This document shows positions 37,069-47,064 of a stretch of DNA of 64,000 nucleotides, piece by piece. The position numbers and the translations under genes are program-made. The stretch's first letter is position 1. Every line of letters starts with the position of its first letter. The notes beneath the pieces are model-generated. The model saw nothing but the letters and a program-made list of their open reading frames with translations, made no database searches and was not told where the DNA came from. This DNA comes from Candidatus Parcubacteria bacterium (GTDB lineage Bacteria > Patescibacteriota > Patescibacteriia > Patescibacteriales > UBA12465), in assembly GCA_037076615.1 (NCBI GenBank), contig AP029158.1:397337-461336 (forward strand). Direction: 5' to 3'.

Positions 37069-37575
37069 TTAGACACCCTCGTAAACTTGAATAGAATCAC
37101 CTTTCTTTAAAGTTACAATGGCTTTTTTCAAATCACGGCGGCGCCCCTTGATTCGACCACGAGTAACGACCTTTCCGTCTTGACAAACGATGTTAACCTT
37201 AATCGGCTTCACACCATAGACCGCATAAATAGCCTGAGCGACACTTAACTTATTAGCCTCACCGCTAACCACAAAAACATATTTATTCAAAGAGCTGGCG
37301 GTCGCGGCTTTCTCAGTAATTAAAGGATGAACTAAAACTTTATAAGCTTCAGCAAAAGCGGTTTTAGCTTTGGCGCCAGTAGCACTTTTACTTTTCTTAG
37401 CGGTTTCAGCGCCAGCATATAAATCAGCCATCGTCGGCTCTTCTGCGACCTCAGGGGCGGCTTTTTTAGTGGCCTTCGCCTTCGGGGCCGCTTTTTCTTT
37501 GACAACCTTTTTAGCTGGAGCGGCGGCTTTCTCCTTGACTTCGTCTTTATCTTTTTTCTTTCCTAAAATTCCCAT
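37069..37575 (-). CDS. rplW: 50S ribosomal protein L23 with a ~70-aa Lys/Ala-rich N-terminal extension
   Basis: The C-terminal 95 aa (VLVHPLITEKAATASSLNKYVFVVSGEANK ...) is the L23 fold. Confidence 0.9.
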   Translation of the reverse strand: MGILGKKKDKDEVKEKAAAPAKKVVKEKAAPKAKATKKAAPEVAEEPTMADLYAGAETAKKSKSATGAKAKTAFAEAYKVLVHPLITEKAATASSLNKYVFVVSGEANKLSVAQAIYAVYGVKPIKVNIVCQDGKVVTRGRIKGRRRDLKKAIVTLKKGDSIQVYEGV

Positions 37576-37579
37576 ATAT

Positions 37580-38224
37580 CTATTTGCTATATTGTGTCTC
37601 TAAATTTTTGATCGCCGCTTCGGTAGTTACTAAATAGCGAGATTTTAAGAGATCCACAATATTAATATTTTCTAAATTAATCATCGTCACACCAGGTAAA
37701 TTGCGCGCGGAGTATTTTAACTTGTCGTTTTTACTTTCGCTAATCACCAAAACATCACGGCGCTCATCTTTAAGGATTTTAGTTTCAACCGCTTTCAAAA
37801 TCGCCTCAAAATTTTTGGTTTTAAATTCAGCCACTTCAAGATTATCTAAAACCACTAAAGCATTGTTGGCTACTTTATTAGAAAGCACCATCGCCAAGGC
37901 CTTTTGCCGCATTTTCTTATTTATTTTTTTGGAAAAATTACGATCAGAAGTTGGACCAAAGGTGACACCACCACCAATCCAAATCGGTGAACGAGATGAA
38001 CCGGCACGAGCGCGACCAGTACCTTTTTGTTTCCAAGGCTTTTTACCACCACCGGAAACTTCGCTGCGATCTTTAGTGTCAGCTAAATTCTGGCGCTCAT
38101 TTCCCTGTTGCGCCAGGAGCGCTTGATGAATCAAATCTTGATTAACGGTCACACCAAAAACTTTCTCGGATAAATCCAGATTGTGTAAGGGTTCCGCTTT
38201 TTGACTATAAACTTTTGTGTTCAT
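37580..38224 (-). CDS. rplD: 50S ribosomal protein L4
   Basis: GGGKKPWKQKGTGRARAGSSRSPIWIGGGVTFGP motif. Confidence 0.95.
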   Translation of the reverse strand: MNTKVYSQKAEPLHNLDLSEKVFGVTVNQDLIHQALLAQQGNERQNLADTKDRSEVSGGGKKPWKQKGTGRARAGSSRSPIWIGGGVTFGPTSDRNFSKKINKKMRQKALAMVLSNKVANNALVVLDNLEVAEFKTKNFEAILKAVETKILKDERRDVLVISESKNDKLKYSARNLPGVTMINLENINIVDLLKSRYLVTTEAAIKNLETQYSK

Positions 38225-38247
38225 ACTTTTAGAAAATATCCTTATCC

Positions 38248-39078
38248 TTATTTAGCGTCAGCTGGAGCCTCGGCGGCCTCAACTTTTTCTTCAGTCTTCT
38301 CTTCGGTGACTGGAGTTTCTTCTTTAGCTTTCTCTGCCGGAGCCTCCTCTACTTTAGCCTCTTCTTTAGGAGTTTCTTCTACTGGAGTCTCCTCTTTTAC
38401 TGCTTCGGCTTCAGAAACTGGGGCTTCTTCTTTTACTTCCTCTTCTTTAACTAAATTAACTTTTAAATCGCCAACACCTTTAATCGCCACTAAAGAATTA
38501 ATTGCTCCCGGAATCGCGCCTTTAACATAAATTAAATTCTGTTCTTCATCAATGGCCACGACGGTGAGATTTTTAACGGTGACCGCTTCGTTGCCCATTT
38601 GGCCCGCCATGCGAACACCTTTAAAAATGCGCGCTGGTCCTTTTGAACCAACCGAACCGGGCATGCGTAATTGATCTTTGTTGCCGTGGGATTTTCGGCC
38701 ACCGGCAAAACCATGACGCTTAACCACACCCTGAAAGCCTTTACCTTTGGAGGTGCCGCTGACATCAATAGCATCGCCAGGGGCAAAAGTACCAACGGTA
38801 ATAATATCACCAACTTTTAGATCCGCTCCAGAAGCTCTAAATTCACGAGCGACCTTCGGTAAAACATCAGCTTTTTTGAAGTGGCCGCGTTGCGGCTTAT
38901 TAATATTCTTTTCCCGGCGTTTACCAAAAGATACCTGAACCGCTTCGTAAGCGTCAGTGCTTTCGGTTTTGATTTGTGTAACGGTGCAAGGTCCAGCCAA
39001 CACCGGGGTAACGGCTACGACCTTGTCGTTGACCCATAACTGAGTCATTTGTTTTTTGGTTCCGAGGATAAATTTCAT
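38248..39078 (-). CDS. rplC: 50S ribosomal protein L3 with a ~75-aa Glu/Lys/Ala-rich C-terminal extension
   Basis: N-terminal 200 aa is canonical L3 (GTSKGKGFQGVVKRHGFAGG). The tail is composed of EEAxV-type repeats. Confidence 0.95.
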   Translation of the reverse strand: MKFILGTKKQMTQLWVNDKVVAVTPVLAGPCTVTQIKTESTDAYEAVQVSFGKRREKNINKPQRGHFKKADVLPKVAREFRASGADLKVGDIITVGTFAPGDAIDVSGTSKGKGFQGVVKRHGFAGGRKSHGNKDQLRMPGSVGSKGPARIFKGVRMAGQMGNEAVTVKNLTVVAIDEEQNLIYVKGAIPGAINSLVAIKGVGDLKVNLVKEEEVKEEAPVSEAEAVKEETPVEETPKEEAKVEEAPAEKAKEETPVTEEKTEEKVEAAEAPADAK

Positions 39079-39088
39079 ATTCTTTAAA

Positions 39089-39113
39089 CAAAAAAACTGG
39101 TGTGAAAACCAGT
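39089..39113 (-). terminator. Terminator- or attenuator-like hairpin (ACTGGT-gtgaaa-ACCAGT followed by U7 on the minus strand), 10 nt upstream of the rplC ATG
   Basis: Read directly. It lies inside the unusually long (195 nt) rpsJ-rplC intercistronic region. Confidence 0.4.
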
Positions 39114-39274
39114 CAAAAAAATTTCATCCACTAAAAGGATCTTGTTGAAATTTTCTTAATTTGACTGATTACCTCCTAATATTAGACTAAATTCAGCTCG
39201 AGCACTTTCTCAAAATGAGAGTTATCCAAACCGATTTTTAGTCCGATTTTTTTGTATAAAATTACTGCTGTATT

Positions 39275-39610
39275 TTACTGCATTTTAATTTCCACGTCAA
39301 CACCGGCTGGCAGATTTAGGCTGGTGAGATCTTCAATCGTCTTGGCGCTGGGGTCAACAATATCAATAATACGTTTGTGGATACGCATTTCATATTGATC
39401 CCGGGCATCTTTGTGAACAAAGGTGGCGCGGTTAACGGTATACTTTCTTTTTTCGGTCGGCAAAGGGATCGGGCCAAAAAAGTGGGCATCACTACGTTCA
39501 ATCGTGTTAACGATTGTTTTGGTAGATTGGTCAACGATCTTGTGATCGAAGGCCTTAATTTTGATACGAATTCTTTGCTTGAATTCTTCCTTTTTGTTGT
39601 TGTCAGACAT
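39275..39610 (-). CDS. rpsJ: 30S ribosomal protein S10
   Basis: Conserved IRIKIKAFDHKIVDQSTKTIV ... segment. The ATG at 39610 is preceded by AAAGGGGAG (Shine-Dalgarno). The track's longer ORF start at 39640 is unlikely. Confidence 0.95.
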   Translation of the reverse strand: MSDNNKKEEFKQRIRIKIKAFDHKIVDQSTKTIVNTIERSDAHFFGPIPLPTEKRKYTVNRATFVHKDARDQYEMRIHKRIIDIVDPSAKTIEDLTSLNLPAGVDVEIKMQ

Positions 39611-39688
39611 AATTGGTGCTCCCCTTTTAGTCAAAAGCAAATTCTTTGAAGACTAAAATGGAAGATTGTTTTTAAATAAACACAGTCA

Positions 39689-39712
39689 ACCCGCCCTATA
39701 AATAGAGCGGGT
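39689..39712 (-). terminator. Probable tuf terminator hairpin (ACCCGC-N12-GCGGGT with U-rich sequence downstream on the minus strand)
   Basis: Read directly. The stem is short and the U-tract imperfect. Confidence 0.35.
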
Positions 39713-39720
39713 CTCAGTAA

Positions 39721-40908
39721 TTATTTAATGATTTTGGTCACCACGCCGGCGCCGACAGTGCGGCCACCTTCGCGGATAGCAAACTTCTGCTTCTCTTCAA
39801 GAGCAACTGGAGAAATCAATTTTACCTTAAAGGAAACAGTATCGCCAGGCATAACCATATCGGTGCCAGCCGGTAATTCTACTTCACCAGTAACATCAGT
39901 GGTACGGATGTAGAATTGAGGCTTGTAGCCGTTAAAAAATGGTTTGTGGCGTCCGCCTTCTTCTTTGGATAAGACGAAGACTTGCGCTTCAAATTCCGAG
40001 TGAGGAGTAATAGATCCGGTTTTACATAAAACCTGACCGCGCTCAACCTCATCTTTCTTCGTACCGCGGAGTAATAAACCGGCATTATCACCAGCTTCAC
40101 CTTGATCCAAAGACTTGTTAAACATTTCGATTCCGGTAACGGTAGTTTTCTTGGTGTCCATTAAACCAACAATTTCAACTTCATCACCAACTTTAATAAC
40201 ACCGCGTTCAATACGACCAGTAACAACGGTACCGCGACCTTCAATGGAGAAGATATCTTCAATCGGCATTAAGAAAGGATGTTCAGTGTCGCGAGTTGGG
40301 GTAGGAATATAGGAATCAATTGCTTCCATGAGTTTCATCACTGGTTCAGAATCTGGACCGCTAGGATTTTCTAAAGCTTTCAAAGCGGAACCACGGATGA
40401 TTGGAGTTTCAGCGCCTGGGAATTCATACTTATTTAATAAGTCGCGAACTTCCTCTTCAACTAAATCAATTAGTTCTTTGTCCTCAACCATGTCGCACTT
40501 GTTTAAGAAAACAATGATATAAGGAACACCAACCTGACGAGCTAATAAGATGTGCTCACGAGTCTGAGGCATAGGGCCATCAGTAGCGGAAACCACTAAG
40601 ATAGCACCGTCCATCTGCGCCGCACCAGTAATCATGTTCTTAACATAGTCGGCGTGACCAGGACAGTCAACGTGCGCATAGTGGCGGTTAGTTGACTCGT
40701 ACTCTACGTGAGTAGTGGAAATAGTGATACCGCGGTCCTTTTCTTCGGGCGCCGAATCAATTTCTTTGACATCTTTTTTGGAAGCACTTAAGCCGTGCGC
40801 TCCAAACACCGCTAACATCGCTGCGGTTAAAGTGGTTTTGCCGTGGTCAACGTGGCCAATAGTACCAATGTTGACGTGTGGCTTGGAACGATCAAATTTT
40901 TCTGCCAT
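39721..40908 (-). CDS. tuf: Elongation factor Tu
   Basis: 395 aa with [18 protein letters not shown] and NKCD GTPase motifs. Confidence 0.98.
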   Translation of the reverse strand: MAEKFDRSKPHVNIGTIGHVDHGKTTLTAAMLAVFGAHGLSASKKDVKEIDSAPEEKDRGITISTTHVEYESTNRHYAHVDCPGHADYVKNMITGAAQMDGAILVVSATDGPMPQTREHILLARQVGVPYIIVFLNKCDMVEDKELIDLVEEEVRDLLNKYEFPGAETPIIRGSALKALENPSGPDSEPVMKLMEAIDSYIPTPTRDTEHPFLMPIEDIFSIEGRGTVVTGRIERGVIKVGDEVEIVGLMDTKKTTVTGIEMFNKSLDQGEAGDNAGLLLRGTKKDEVERGQVLCKTGSITPHSEFEAQVFVLSKEEGGRHKPFFNGYKPQFYIRTTDVTGEVELPAGTDMVMPGDTVSFKVKLISPVALEEKQKFAIREGGRTVGAGVVTKIIK

Positions 40909-41016
40909 ACTTCTTTGATTTACGACCCCCGATTGGGGTTTTTCTCTTAAGAGACCAGCCGTAATTAATTAATTAATAATTTATAAATAATTTATAACAA
41001 GCTAATAATTCCGCCT

Positions 41017-41355
41017 TTACTTTATTTCCTCAGCACCTTTCTTTACTTGTGGCGGGATGGCCCAAGGATTGTTATTTTTACTTTCTTCGGCCAAAAAAGG
41101 AGCTTTCTCTTGATTTTTCCAAGTGGAAATATCGCCATTTATTTTATCAGTTAGTTCCTCGCTTGTCAAATCCTTTTTTAAATCTGAATCAGCCTCTTTT
41201 TCCGGCTCCGCTAGCCGCCCTTTAACCAATTTTTCGTACTTTTCCCAGCTCATAATAACCTGGGTTTTTTCCGGCTCACCCTCATTATAAATAACGAGGC
41301 TATCCCCTGTCTGCTGGTTTAAAGCTAGTATTTTTTTCAAGGGCTCGGGAAACAT
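41017..41355 (-). CDS. Small acidic hypothetical protein (112 aa) inserted between fusA and tuf. The N-terminal segment resembles the Phd/YefM antitoxin fold
   Basis: ORF with an acidic, low-complexity C-terminal half. SLVIYNEGEPEKTQVIMSWEKYEKL is reminiscent of Phd/YefM (g.p.aVlms.eeYe.L). This is a weak inference. Confidence 0.35.
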   Translation of the reverse strand: MFPEPLKKILALNQQTGDSLVIYNEGEPEKTQVIMSWEKYEKLVKGRLAEPEKEADSDLKKDLTSEELTDKINGDISTWKNQEKAPFLAEESKNNNPWAIPPQVKKGAEEIK

Positions 41356-41395
41356 ATAAGTAAAAGTTAGTTTTTGTCAATAAAGGGAAAGGTTG

Positions 41396-43480
41396 TTAGC
41401 GGCTATTCTTAACTTTTATTTGCTCTAAAATATTGCGAGGGACTTCAGCATAATTGGAGAATTCCATCACATAACTGGCTCGGCCTTGAGACATCGATCG
41501 CAGAGTGGTGGAATAACCAAACATTTCCGCCAGCGGCACTTTGGCGCGCACAGCTTTAATATTATTCGGTCGGTCAATCATTTCGCCAATCTGACCGCGT
41601 TTAGCGTTTAAGTCGCCAATCGCACCGCCCATATATTCTTCCGGAGTCGTGACTTCAACTTTCATAATCGGTTCTAAAAGAATCGCGCCGGCTTTTTCAC
41701 AAGCTTCTCGGAAGGCAAAAATAGCGGCCATTTTAAAGGCAATTTCCGAAGAGTCAACTTCATGGTAAGAACCGTCGGTAACAGCCACCTTAACATTAAC
41801 CATTGGGTAACCGGCCACACCACCAGCATTCAAAGCTTCTTTAACGCCCTTTTCAATGCCAGGAATATATTCCTTAGGAATTACGCCACCCTTAACCTCA
41901 TCAATAAATTCAAAGCCTTTTTCTGGATCGTCTTGAGGAGAAACCCGTAAGGTACAATGACCGTACTGACCGCGACCACCAGACTGCTTAGCATACTTAT
42001 ATTCAGCCACCGCTTCTTTAGTAATTGTTTCGCGGTAGGAAACTTGCGGATTACCAATGTTCGCTTCAACACCGAATTCGCGGCGCATACGATCAACGAT
42101 AATATCCAAATGAAGCTCACCCATACCGGAAATTAAAACCTGATTAGTTTCTTCATCGGTCTCGACTCTAAAAGTCGGATCTTCTTCGGCTAAACGTTGC
42201 AGGGCAACACCCATTTTTTCTTGATCCGCTTTAGTTTTCGGTTCAACGGCAATTTTGATAACTGGTTCCGGAAAGGAGATATTCTCTAAACGAAGCTGAC
42301 GGGATTCGGCACAAAGAGTATTACCAGTGGTAGTATTTTTTAGACCGATAACGGCCGCAATATCACCGGCGTAAATCTCTTTAATTTCTTCACGGTGGTT
42401 AGCATACATGCGCACAACACGACCGACTCTTTCTTTATTGCCGGTGCTAGTATTAACCACATAAGAACCAGCTTGTAAGACACCACTATAAACACGCACG
42501 AAACATAATTTGCCAACAAAAGGATCGGTAGCAATCTTAAAAGCTAGAGCCGCAAAAGGCTCGCTGTCATCGGCACTAATTTTATAAGTCTTTTCCTCAT
42601 TATCAACGTCAGCGCCAACAATCTCTGGAACTTCTAACGGTGAAGGCAAGTACTCATTAACGGCATCTAAAGCTAATTGAACACCAATATTTTGGAGAGC
42701 AGTACCGCATAAAACCGGATAAAGCTCGTTAGCAATAACCCCTTTTCTAATTGTCGCTTTCAGCTCAGCTAAACTAATATCTTCACCAGCTAAATATTTT
42801 TCCATCGCGGTCTCATCGCACTCCACCGCTTTCTCTACTAATTCATTATAATATTTATCAACCTTGTCAGTCATATCTTCCGGAATCGGAATTTCAGTTA
42901 AAATTTCACCATTTTGACCTTCAAATTTGTAAGCCTTCTTTTCTAATAAATCGATAACGCCCACTAAATCACTTTCAGCCCCAATCGGCAATTGAATGGC
43001 GACAGCCTTAGGATTAAGGCGATCGCGGATAGATTGTAAGCTGGCATAAAAATCAGCACCAGTCTTATCCATTTTATTAACAAAGCAAAGACGAGGAACA
43101 TGATATTTATCAGCTTGACGCCAAACAGTTTCTGATTGTGGCTCAACCCCAGCTTGACCATCAAAGAGGGCAATAGCACCATCTAAAACGCGTAAAGAAC
43201 GTTCCACCTCTACAGTAAAATCCACATGTCCAGGAGTATCAATAACGTTAACCTTATTCCCTTTCCAAAAACAGGTCGTGGCGGCGGAGGTAATAGTAAT
43301 TCCGCGCTCCTTCTCTTGATCCATCCAGTCCATTTCGGCGGAACCATCATGAGTTTCACCAATTTTATGCTTTTTACCAGTATAGAACAAAACCCGCTCG
43401 GTAAAAGTGGTTTTGCCGGCATCGATATGAGCCATGATGCCAATGTTTCTAATTTTATCTAAAGTATAATCACGAGCCAT
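41396..43480 (-). CDS. fusA: Elongation factor G
   Basis: 694 aa with [17 protein letters not shown] and NKMD GTPase motifs, followed by EF-G domains II-V. Confidence 0.98.
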   Translation of the reverse strand: MARDYTLDKIRNIGIMAHIDAGKTTFTERVLFYTGKKHKIGETHDGSAEMDWMDQEKERGITITSAATTCFWKGNKVNVIDTPGHVDFTVEVERSLRVLDGAIALFDGQAGVEPQSETVWRQADKYHVPRLCFVNKMDKTGADFYASLQSIRDRLNPKAVAIQLPIGAESDLVGVIDLLEKKAYKFEGQNGEILTEIPIPEDMTDKVDKYYNELVEKAVECDETAMEKYLAGEDISLAELKATIRKGVIANELYPVLCGTALQNIGVQLALDAVNEYLPSPLEVPEIVGADVDNEEKTYKISADDSEPFAALAFKIATDPFVGKLCFVRVYSGVLQAGSYVVNTSTGNKERVGRVVRMYANHREEIKEIYAGDIAAVIGLKNTTTGNTLCAESRQLRLENISFPEPVIKIAVEPKTKADQEKMGVALQRLAEEDPTFRVETDEETNQVLISGMGELHLDIIVDRMRREFGVEANIGNPQVSYRETITKEAVAEYKYAKQSGGRGQYGHCTLRVSPQDDPEKGFEFIDEVKGGVIPKEYIPGIEKGVKEALNAGGVAGYPMVNVKVAVTDGSYHEVDSSEIAFKMAAIFAFREACEKAGAILLEPIMKVEVTTPEEYMGGAIGDLNAKRGQIGEMIDRPNNIKAVRAKVPLAEMFGYSTTLRSMSQGRASYVMEFSNYAEVPRNILEQIKVKNSR

Positions 43481-43501
43481 AGAGTTAGTAAATTTTAAAG
43501 C

Positions 43502-43969
43502 TTAACGAGAAAAATGAGCAAAAGCCTTGTTGGCTTCGGCCATCTTGTGAACCGCCTCACGCTTACGCACGGCTGCACCTTCACCATTGGCAGCGTCAAT
43601 AATTTCAGCAGCTAATTTTTCCGCCATGGAACGACCACGACGATCTTGAGCGGCTTTAATCAGCCAATTGCAACCCAAGTAATAGCGGCGTTCACCACGA
43701 ACCTGAAAAGGCACTTGATAGTTAGCACCACCCACGCGCTTACCGCGCACCTCCACTAAAGGAGAGACCTTTTTAATGGCCTTATTAAAAACATGGCGCG
43801 GGTCTTGCTTGGTTTTATCTTTAATTGTTTCAAAAGCAAAATAAACAATTTTTTCCGCTCGTGACTTCTTGCCATCTTCCATTACATAATTAATAAATTT
43901 GGCAATTGTAACATCATTATATTTGACATCGCCGGCGATGTCTCTTTTTGGGGCTGGCTTCCCTCTCAT
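43502..43969 (-). CDS. rpsG: 30S ribosomal protein S7
   Basis: 155 aa with the conserved S7 sequence throughout. Confidence 0.95.
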   Translation of the reverse strand: MRGKPAPKRDIAGDVKYNDVTIAKFINYVMEDGKKSRAEKIVYFAFETIKDKTKQDPRHVFNKAIKKVSPLVEVRGKRVGGANYQVPFQVRGERRYYLGCNWLIKAAQDRRGRSMAEKLAAEIIDAANGEGAAVRKREAVHKMAEANKAFAHFSR

Positions 43970-44026
43970 AATTTTAGAACAGTCGTTAGCTATAGCGACT
44001 GCGTATTAACGCAACTCTTAAATAAA

Positions 44027-44452
44027 TTATTTAGCGGCCTTCGGTTTTTTAGCGCCGTAAGCACTGCGGCTTTTCCGTCGAGCTTCAACGCCGGAGGCAT
44101 CATAGACACCACGAACAACCTTATAACGAACACCAGGCAAATCTTTAGTTTTTCCACCCTTCACCAAAACGATAGAGTGTTCTTGGAGATTGTGTCCCAT
44201 ACCCGGAATATAAGCAGTCACTTCCATACCATTAGATAAACGGACACGGCAGATTTTTCGTAAAGCCGAGTTCGGTTTCTTGGGCGTGGTCGTGGTCACC
44301 TTTAAACAAACCCCTTGTTTAAAAGGAGCTCCTTTAGCGACTTCTTTGCGCTTGCGGTGCAAAGTATCCAGGTTCACATGCAAAGCAAGTGAGTGCTGAC
44401 GCTTTGGTTTAGATTTGCGACCCTTACGAACCAATTGGTTAATTGTAGGCAT
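44027..44452 (-). CDS. rpsL: 30S ribosomal protein S12
   Basis: [13 protein letters not shown]-terminus and the [10 protein letters not shown] motif. Confidence 0.98.
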   Translation of the reverse strand: MPTINQLVRKGRKSKPKRQHSLALHVNLDTLHRKRKEVAKGAPFKQGVCLKVTTTTPKKPNSALRKICRVRLSNGMEVTAYIPGMGHNLQEHSIVLVKGGKTKDLPGVRYKVVRGVYDASGVEARRKSRSAYGAKKPKAAK

Positions 44453-44491
44453 AACTTTTTCTTATCAGCTGTTGATTAAAGCTTTTAACAA

Positions 44492-44527
44492 CAAAACAGT
44501 CCTGAACTGTCAGGACAGCATTTTTTA
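44492..44527 (-). terminator. Intrinsic terminator after the site-2 protease gene and before the rpsL promoter region (GTCCTGA-actg-TCAGGAC)
   Basis: 7-bp perfect stem. On the minus strand UGUUUUGUUGUU follows the hairpin, and T6 lies close by on the plus strand. Confidence 0.5.
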
Positions 44528-44629
44528 AATTGCCAGATAAATTTAACAAAAGAAAGAGCTAAAGTCAAGACATTAAAGTTCAACAATTGATTAAAATTTT
44601 TTTTAATAACCCTGATCTGTCCTTCACTC

Positions 44630-45235
44630 TTAAAAAGGCAAACCGGCCAGCCCCCAAGAAATCTTAAAAACCAGTGGAATGAGGTAATCAAAGCCAATAA
44701 ACAAAAAAAGGAATAGAAATAAGAAACCCCACCATTGGTTGGCATGTAGCAGGCGGAAGCGCCAGCGCGCGGGTAGAAAAACCGCTAAAATTTTTGAGCC
44801 ATCTAAGGGTGGCAGAGGGATTAAATTAAAGAGCGCTAATAAGACATTAATAATAATCGCCTGCAGTAAAAAATAGGCAAGCGCCGAAGCGGGTCCGAAG
44901 AGGCGGAACAATAAAGCCGCAAAAATGGCTAACCCTAAATTGGCTAGCGGGCCAGCGGCGGCGACTTTAGCATCACCATATCTTTTATCGCGCAGATTAT
45001 TAGGATTATAAGGTACCGGTTTCGCCCAACCAAACAAAAAGGGCGAGTTTACTAAATAAAGAGTGAGCGGCAACAAGAAAGAACCAACCGGATCTAAATG
45101 CTTAATCGGGTTAAGCGTGAGGCGGCCGGCATTTTTAGCCGTACTATCCCCTAAACGGTAAGCAGCCAGACCATGAAAAAATTCATGGAAAGTAATAGAG
45201 AGAATTAAAATGAGGAGGGAAAAGATTTCAATCAT
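44630..45235 (-). CDS. Site-2 protease family zinc metalloprotease (peptidase M50-like)
   Basis: 201-aa polytopic membrane protein with HEFFHGLAAYRLGD (HExxH) in the first TM helix and NLIPLPPLDGSK (the LDG motif). Confidence 0.75.
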   Translation of the reverse strand: MIEIFSLLILILSITFHEFFHGLAAYRLGDSTAKNAGRLTLNPIKHLDPVGSFLLPLTLYLVNSPFLFGWAKPVPYNPNNLRDKRYGDAKVAAAGPLANLGLAIFAALLFRLFGPASALAYFLLQAIIINVLLALFNLIPLPPLDGSKILAVFLPARWRFRLLHANQWWGFLFLFLFLFIGFDYLIPLVFKISWGLAGLPF

Positions 45236-45368
45236 AGAAAAAGCTTAAAGGCTGCTTAATTCTAACACAGCTTGATTATTTTTTAAAACCTTGTTAAGAT
45301 TGGCTCGAAATTAATCTAAGAAAAAACACCGGTGCCCTTAGTTGCCCGGTTAGTTGTTTTGTAAAAAT

Positions 45369-45548
45369 ATGGGAAAAACTTGCGATCTCTGTGGCCGCGG
45401 AGCAACCAAAGGTGTTACTCGCTCACACTCCAAAATCAAAACTTTAAAACGACAAGAAATTAACCTCCAAAATAGAAATATTGAAGGAGTAAAAGTTAAG
45501 GTCTGCACTGCCTGCTTACGCACGGTTGCTAAAAATGCCGCTAAATAA
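45369..45548 (+). CDS. rpmB: 50S ribosomal protein L28
   Basis: MGKTCDLCGRGATKGVTRSHSKIKTLKRQEINLQ ... fits bL28 (C..C ... RSHS ... K.R). The track ORF starts at an upstream TTG at 45354. Confidence 0.8.
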   Translation: MGKTCDLCGRGATKGVTRSHSKIKTLKRQEINLQNRNIEGVKVKVCTACLRTVAKNAAK

Positions 45549-45552
45549 AAAC

Positions 45553-47007
45553 TTAGTTTTGGTAATTTTTAAATTGGTTTAAAAAGTCCTCAAGTTGGGG
45601 GCTTTTTTTGAAGCGCATAGTTTTCTTTAAGTGCCGATAAAGAAGATAAATAATTAAATAATAAACATAAACAAAGTGCTCGCTGATAGTTAAGGAAACG
45701 GCCGCGTCTGGTAAAGACGCTAAGAAGCGGCTAATTAAAAAGATCGTTCGCAGCAAGAGATAAGTCCCGGCCCAGAAAAATGCCCCGGAAATAGCAAAAG
45801 ATAAAATTACATTGGTAATTAAGAGTGGTAAAAGCCAAGTAAACAAAGCCGTTACCAGCAGGTTCGCCACGGGCGCTAGTAAAGAAACACGGCCAAAATT
45901 AAGAGCCGAGACGGGCCAGGTAAGGAGCTGGACGAGCATCGTGAGAATGAGCAAACTACGTATCGGGCCCTGGCCAAATTTAGCTTCCGCCAAGGGCTCG
46001 CCATAGATAAGAGCGAGTAGCGCTAAATAAGATAGCTGAAAACTTAAGTCGTCGCGCAGCAGTAAAGGATTCTTTAGAAGCATTATGGCAGCGCAAATCA
46101 GTAAGAGTGAGCCACTACTAAGGCGCCAACGCTTCCCCGCCCCGCTTAAAACAAAAGTGGACATTAGCACCGAGCGCAAAGCGGAGGCCGAAAAACCGGT
46201 TAGGGCCACATAAAACCAGAGAAAAATTATCAGCAGCGGCGCCGCCGCGCGCGCTTTTATTTTTAAACGTTTTAAAAAAAGAAAAAGCATTCCCGCTAAC
46301 AAACTTAAGTGCGAGCCGGAAATAGCAATTAAATGACTAAGCCCCGTCTCTGAGAAAACAGTTTTATCATCAGCCGTAATTGTTTGCCGATACCCCAACA
46401 TTAAAGCAGCCGCTAGTCCCGCTTCTGGCTCGGGTAAGTGAGCAATAATTTTTTGGTATAAGCGTGCCTTAAAACGCCACAAAGAAAAGAAAAACCCTTT
46501 AGCGACGCCAATCTTTTCCGCTTTCGGAAAATTTAACAATACATAAATTTCTTGCCGAGCCAAATAACGATCATAGCGAAAAGCCGACCAGTTTTCCGGC
46601 GCCTCCCAGGTGCCAGAAAAACTAATAATCTCGCCGGCGCGGTAGCGAGGATAAGCCGGCAATCTCATTAAAAATCTTTCCCCCAGTTGCCCGTCAGCGG
46701 TTAAATAAATCGCCACCACCTTTTGATAATCACCACCAGGATCAATATCTTCACTGATTAAGGCCCGGCCACTAGCGGTCTCGCCGACCTGAGTCCGCAA
46801 CTTGGAACTGTTCGCCCGAGAGTCAAATTCCTGATGATAAAAGATTGCCCCAAAAAATAAAATTATTCCTACTAGCCACCACCACGGTGGGCGGCGCCAA
46901 AAGACAAAGATTAAGCCAGCCAGTAAAAATAGAGGCTGGCCACTGGCCGCCACAAAAATACCGCTAATAAAAACGGCGGCCAGATAAAGAAAAAATGAGC
47001 GTCGCAT
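45553..47007 (-). CDS. comEC: ComEC/Rec2-family DNA internalization competence protein (competence domain only; no C-terminal metallo-beta-lactamase domain)
   Basis: 484-aa polytopic membrane protein with the LIAISGSHLSLLAG competence-domain motif. Confidence 0.8.
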   Translation of the reverse strand: MRRSFFLYLAAVFISGIFVAASGQPLFLLAGLIFVFWRRPPWWWLVGIILFFGAIFYHQEFDSRANSSKLRTQVGETASGRALISEDIDPGGDYQKVVAIYLTADGQLGERFLMRLPAYPRYRAGEIISFSGTWEAPENWSAFRYDRYLARQEIYVLLNFPKAEKIGVAKGFFFSLWRFKARLYQKIIAHLPEPEAGLAAALMLGYRQTITADDKTVFSETGLSHLIAISGSHLSLLAGMLFLFLKRLKIKARAAAPLLIIFLWFYVALTGFSASALRSVLMSTFVLSGAGKRWRLSSGSLLLICAAIMLLKNPLLLRDDLSFQLSYLALLALIYGEPLAEAKFGQGPIRSLLILTMLVQLLTWPVSALNFGRVSLLAPVANLLVTALFTWLLPLLITNVILSFAISGAFFWAGTYLLLRTIFLISRFLASLPDAAVSLTISEHFVYVYYLIIYLLYRHLKKTMRFKKSPQLEDFLNQFKNYQN

Positions 47008-47064
47008 GAGCTCATTATAAAGAAAGTCTAATTAATTTTACCTCAATTACTTTTCAAAAAAAAT

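Noticed and set aside
37701-38530. Plus-strand ORFs (141 aa and 109 aa) antisense to rplD/rplC
   Set aside because: They are mirror frames of the GAA/AAG-rich L3 tail and the L4 gene. The r-protein genes are unambiguous.
39170-39200. Perfect Shine-Dalgarno AGGAGGT in the rpsJ-rplC spacer as evidence for a missed gene
   Set aside because: No ATG, GTG or TTG lies within 4-12 nt downstream in any frame. It is kept as part of the attenuator-like element rather than called as a CDS.
44485-44745. 86-aa minus-strand ORF overlapping the 3' end of the site-2 protease gene and the rpsL upstream region
   Set aside because: It overlaps a well-supported gene out of frame, its sequence (…FFCLLALITSFHWFLRFLGG) is low-complexity, and it covers a terminator hairpin.
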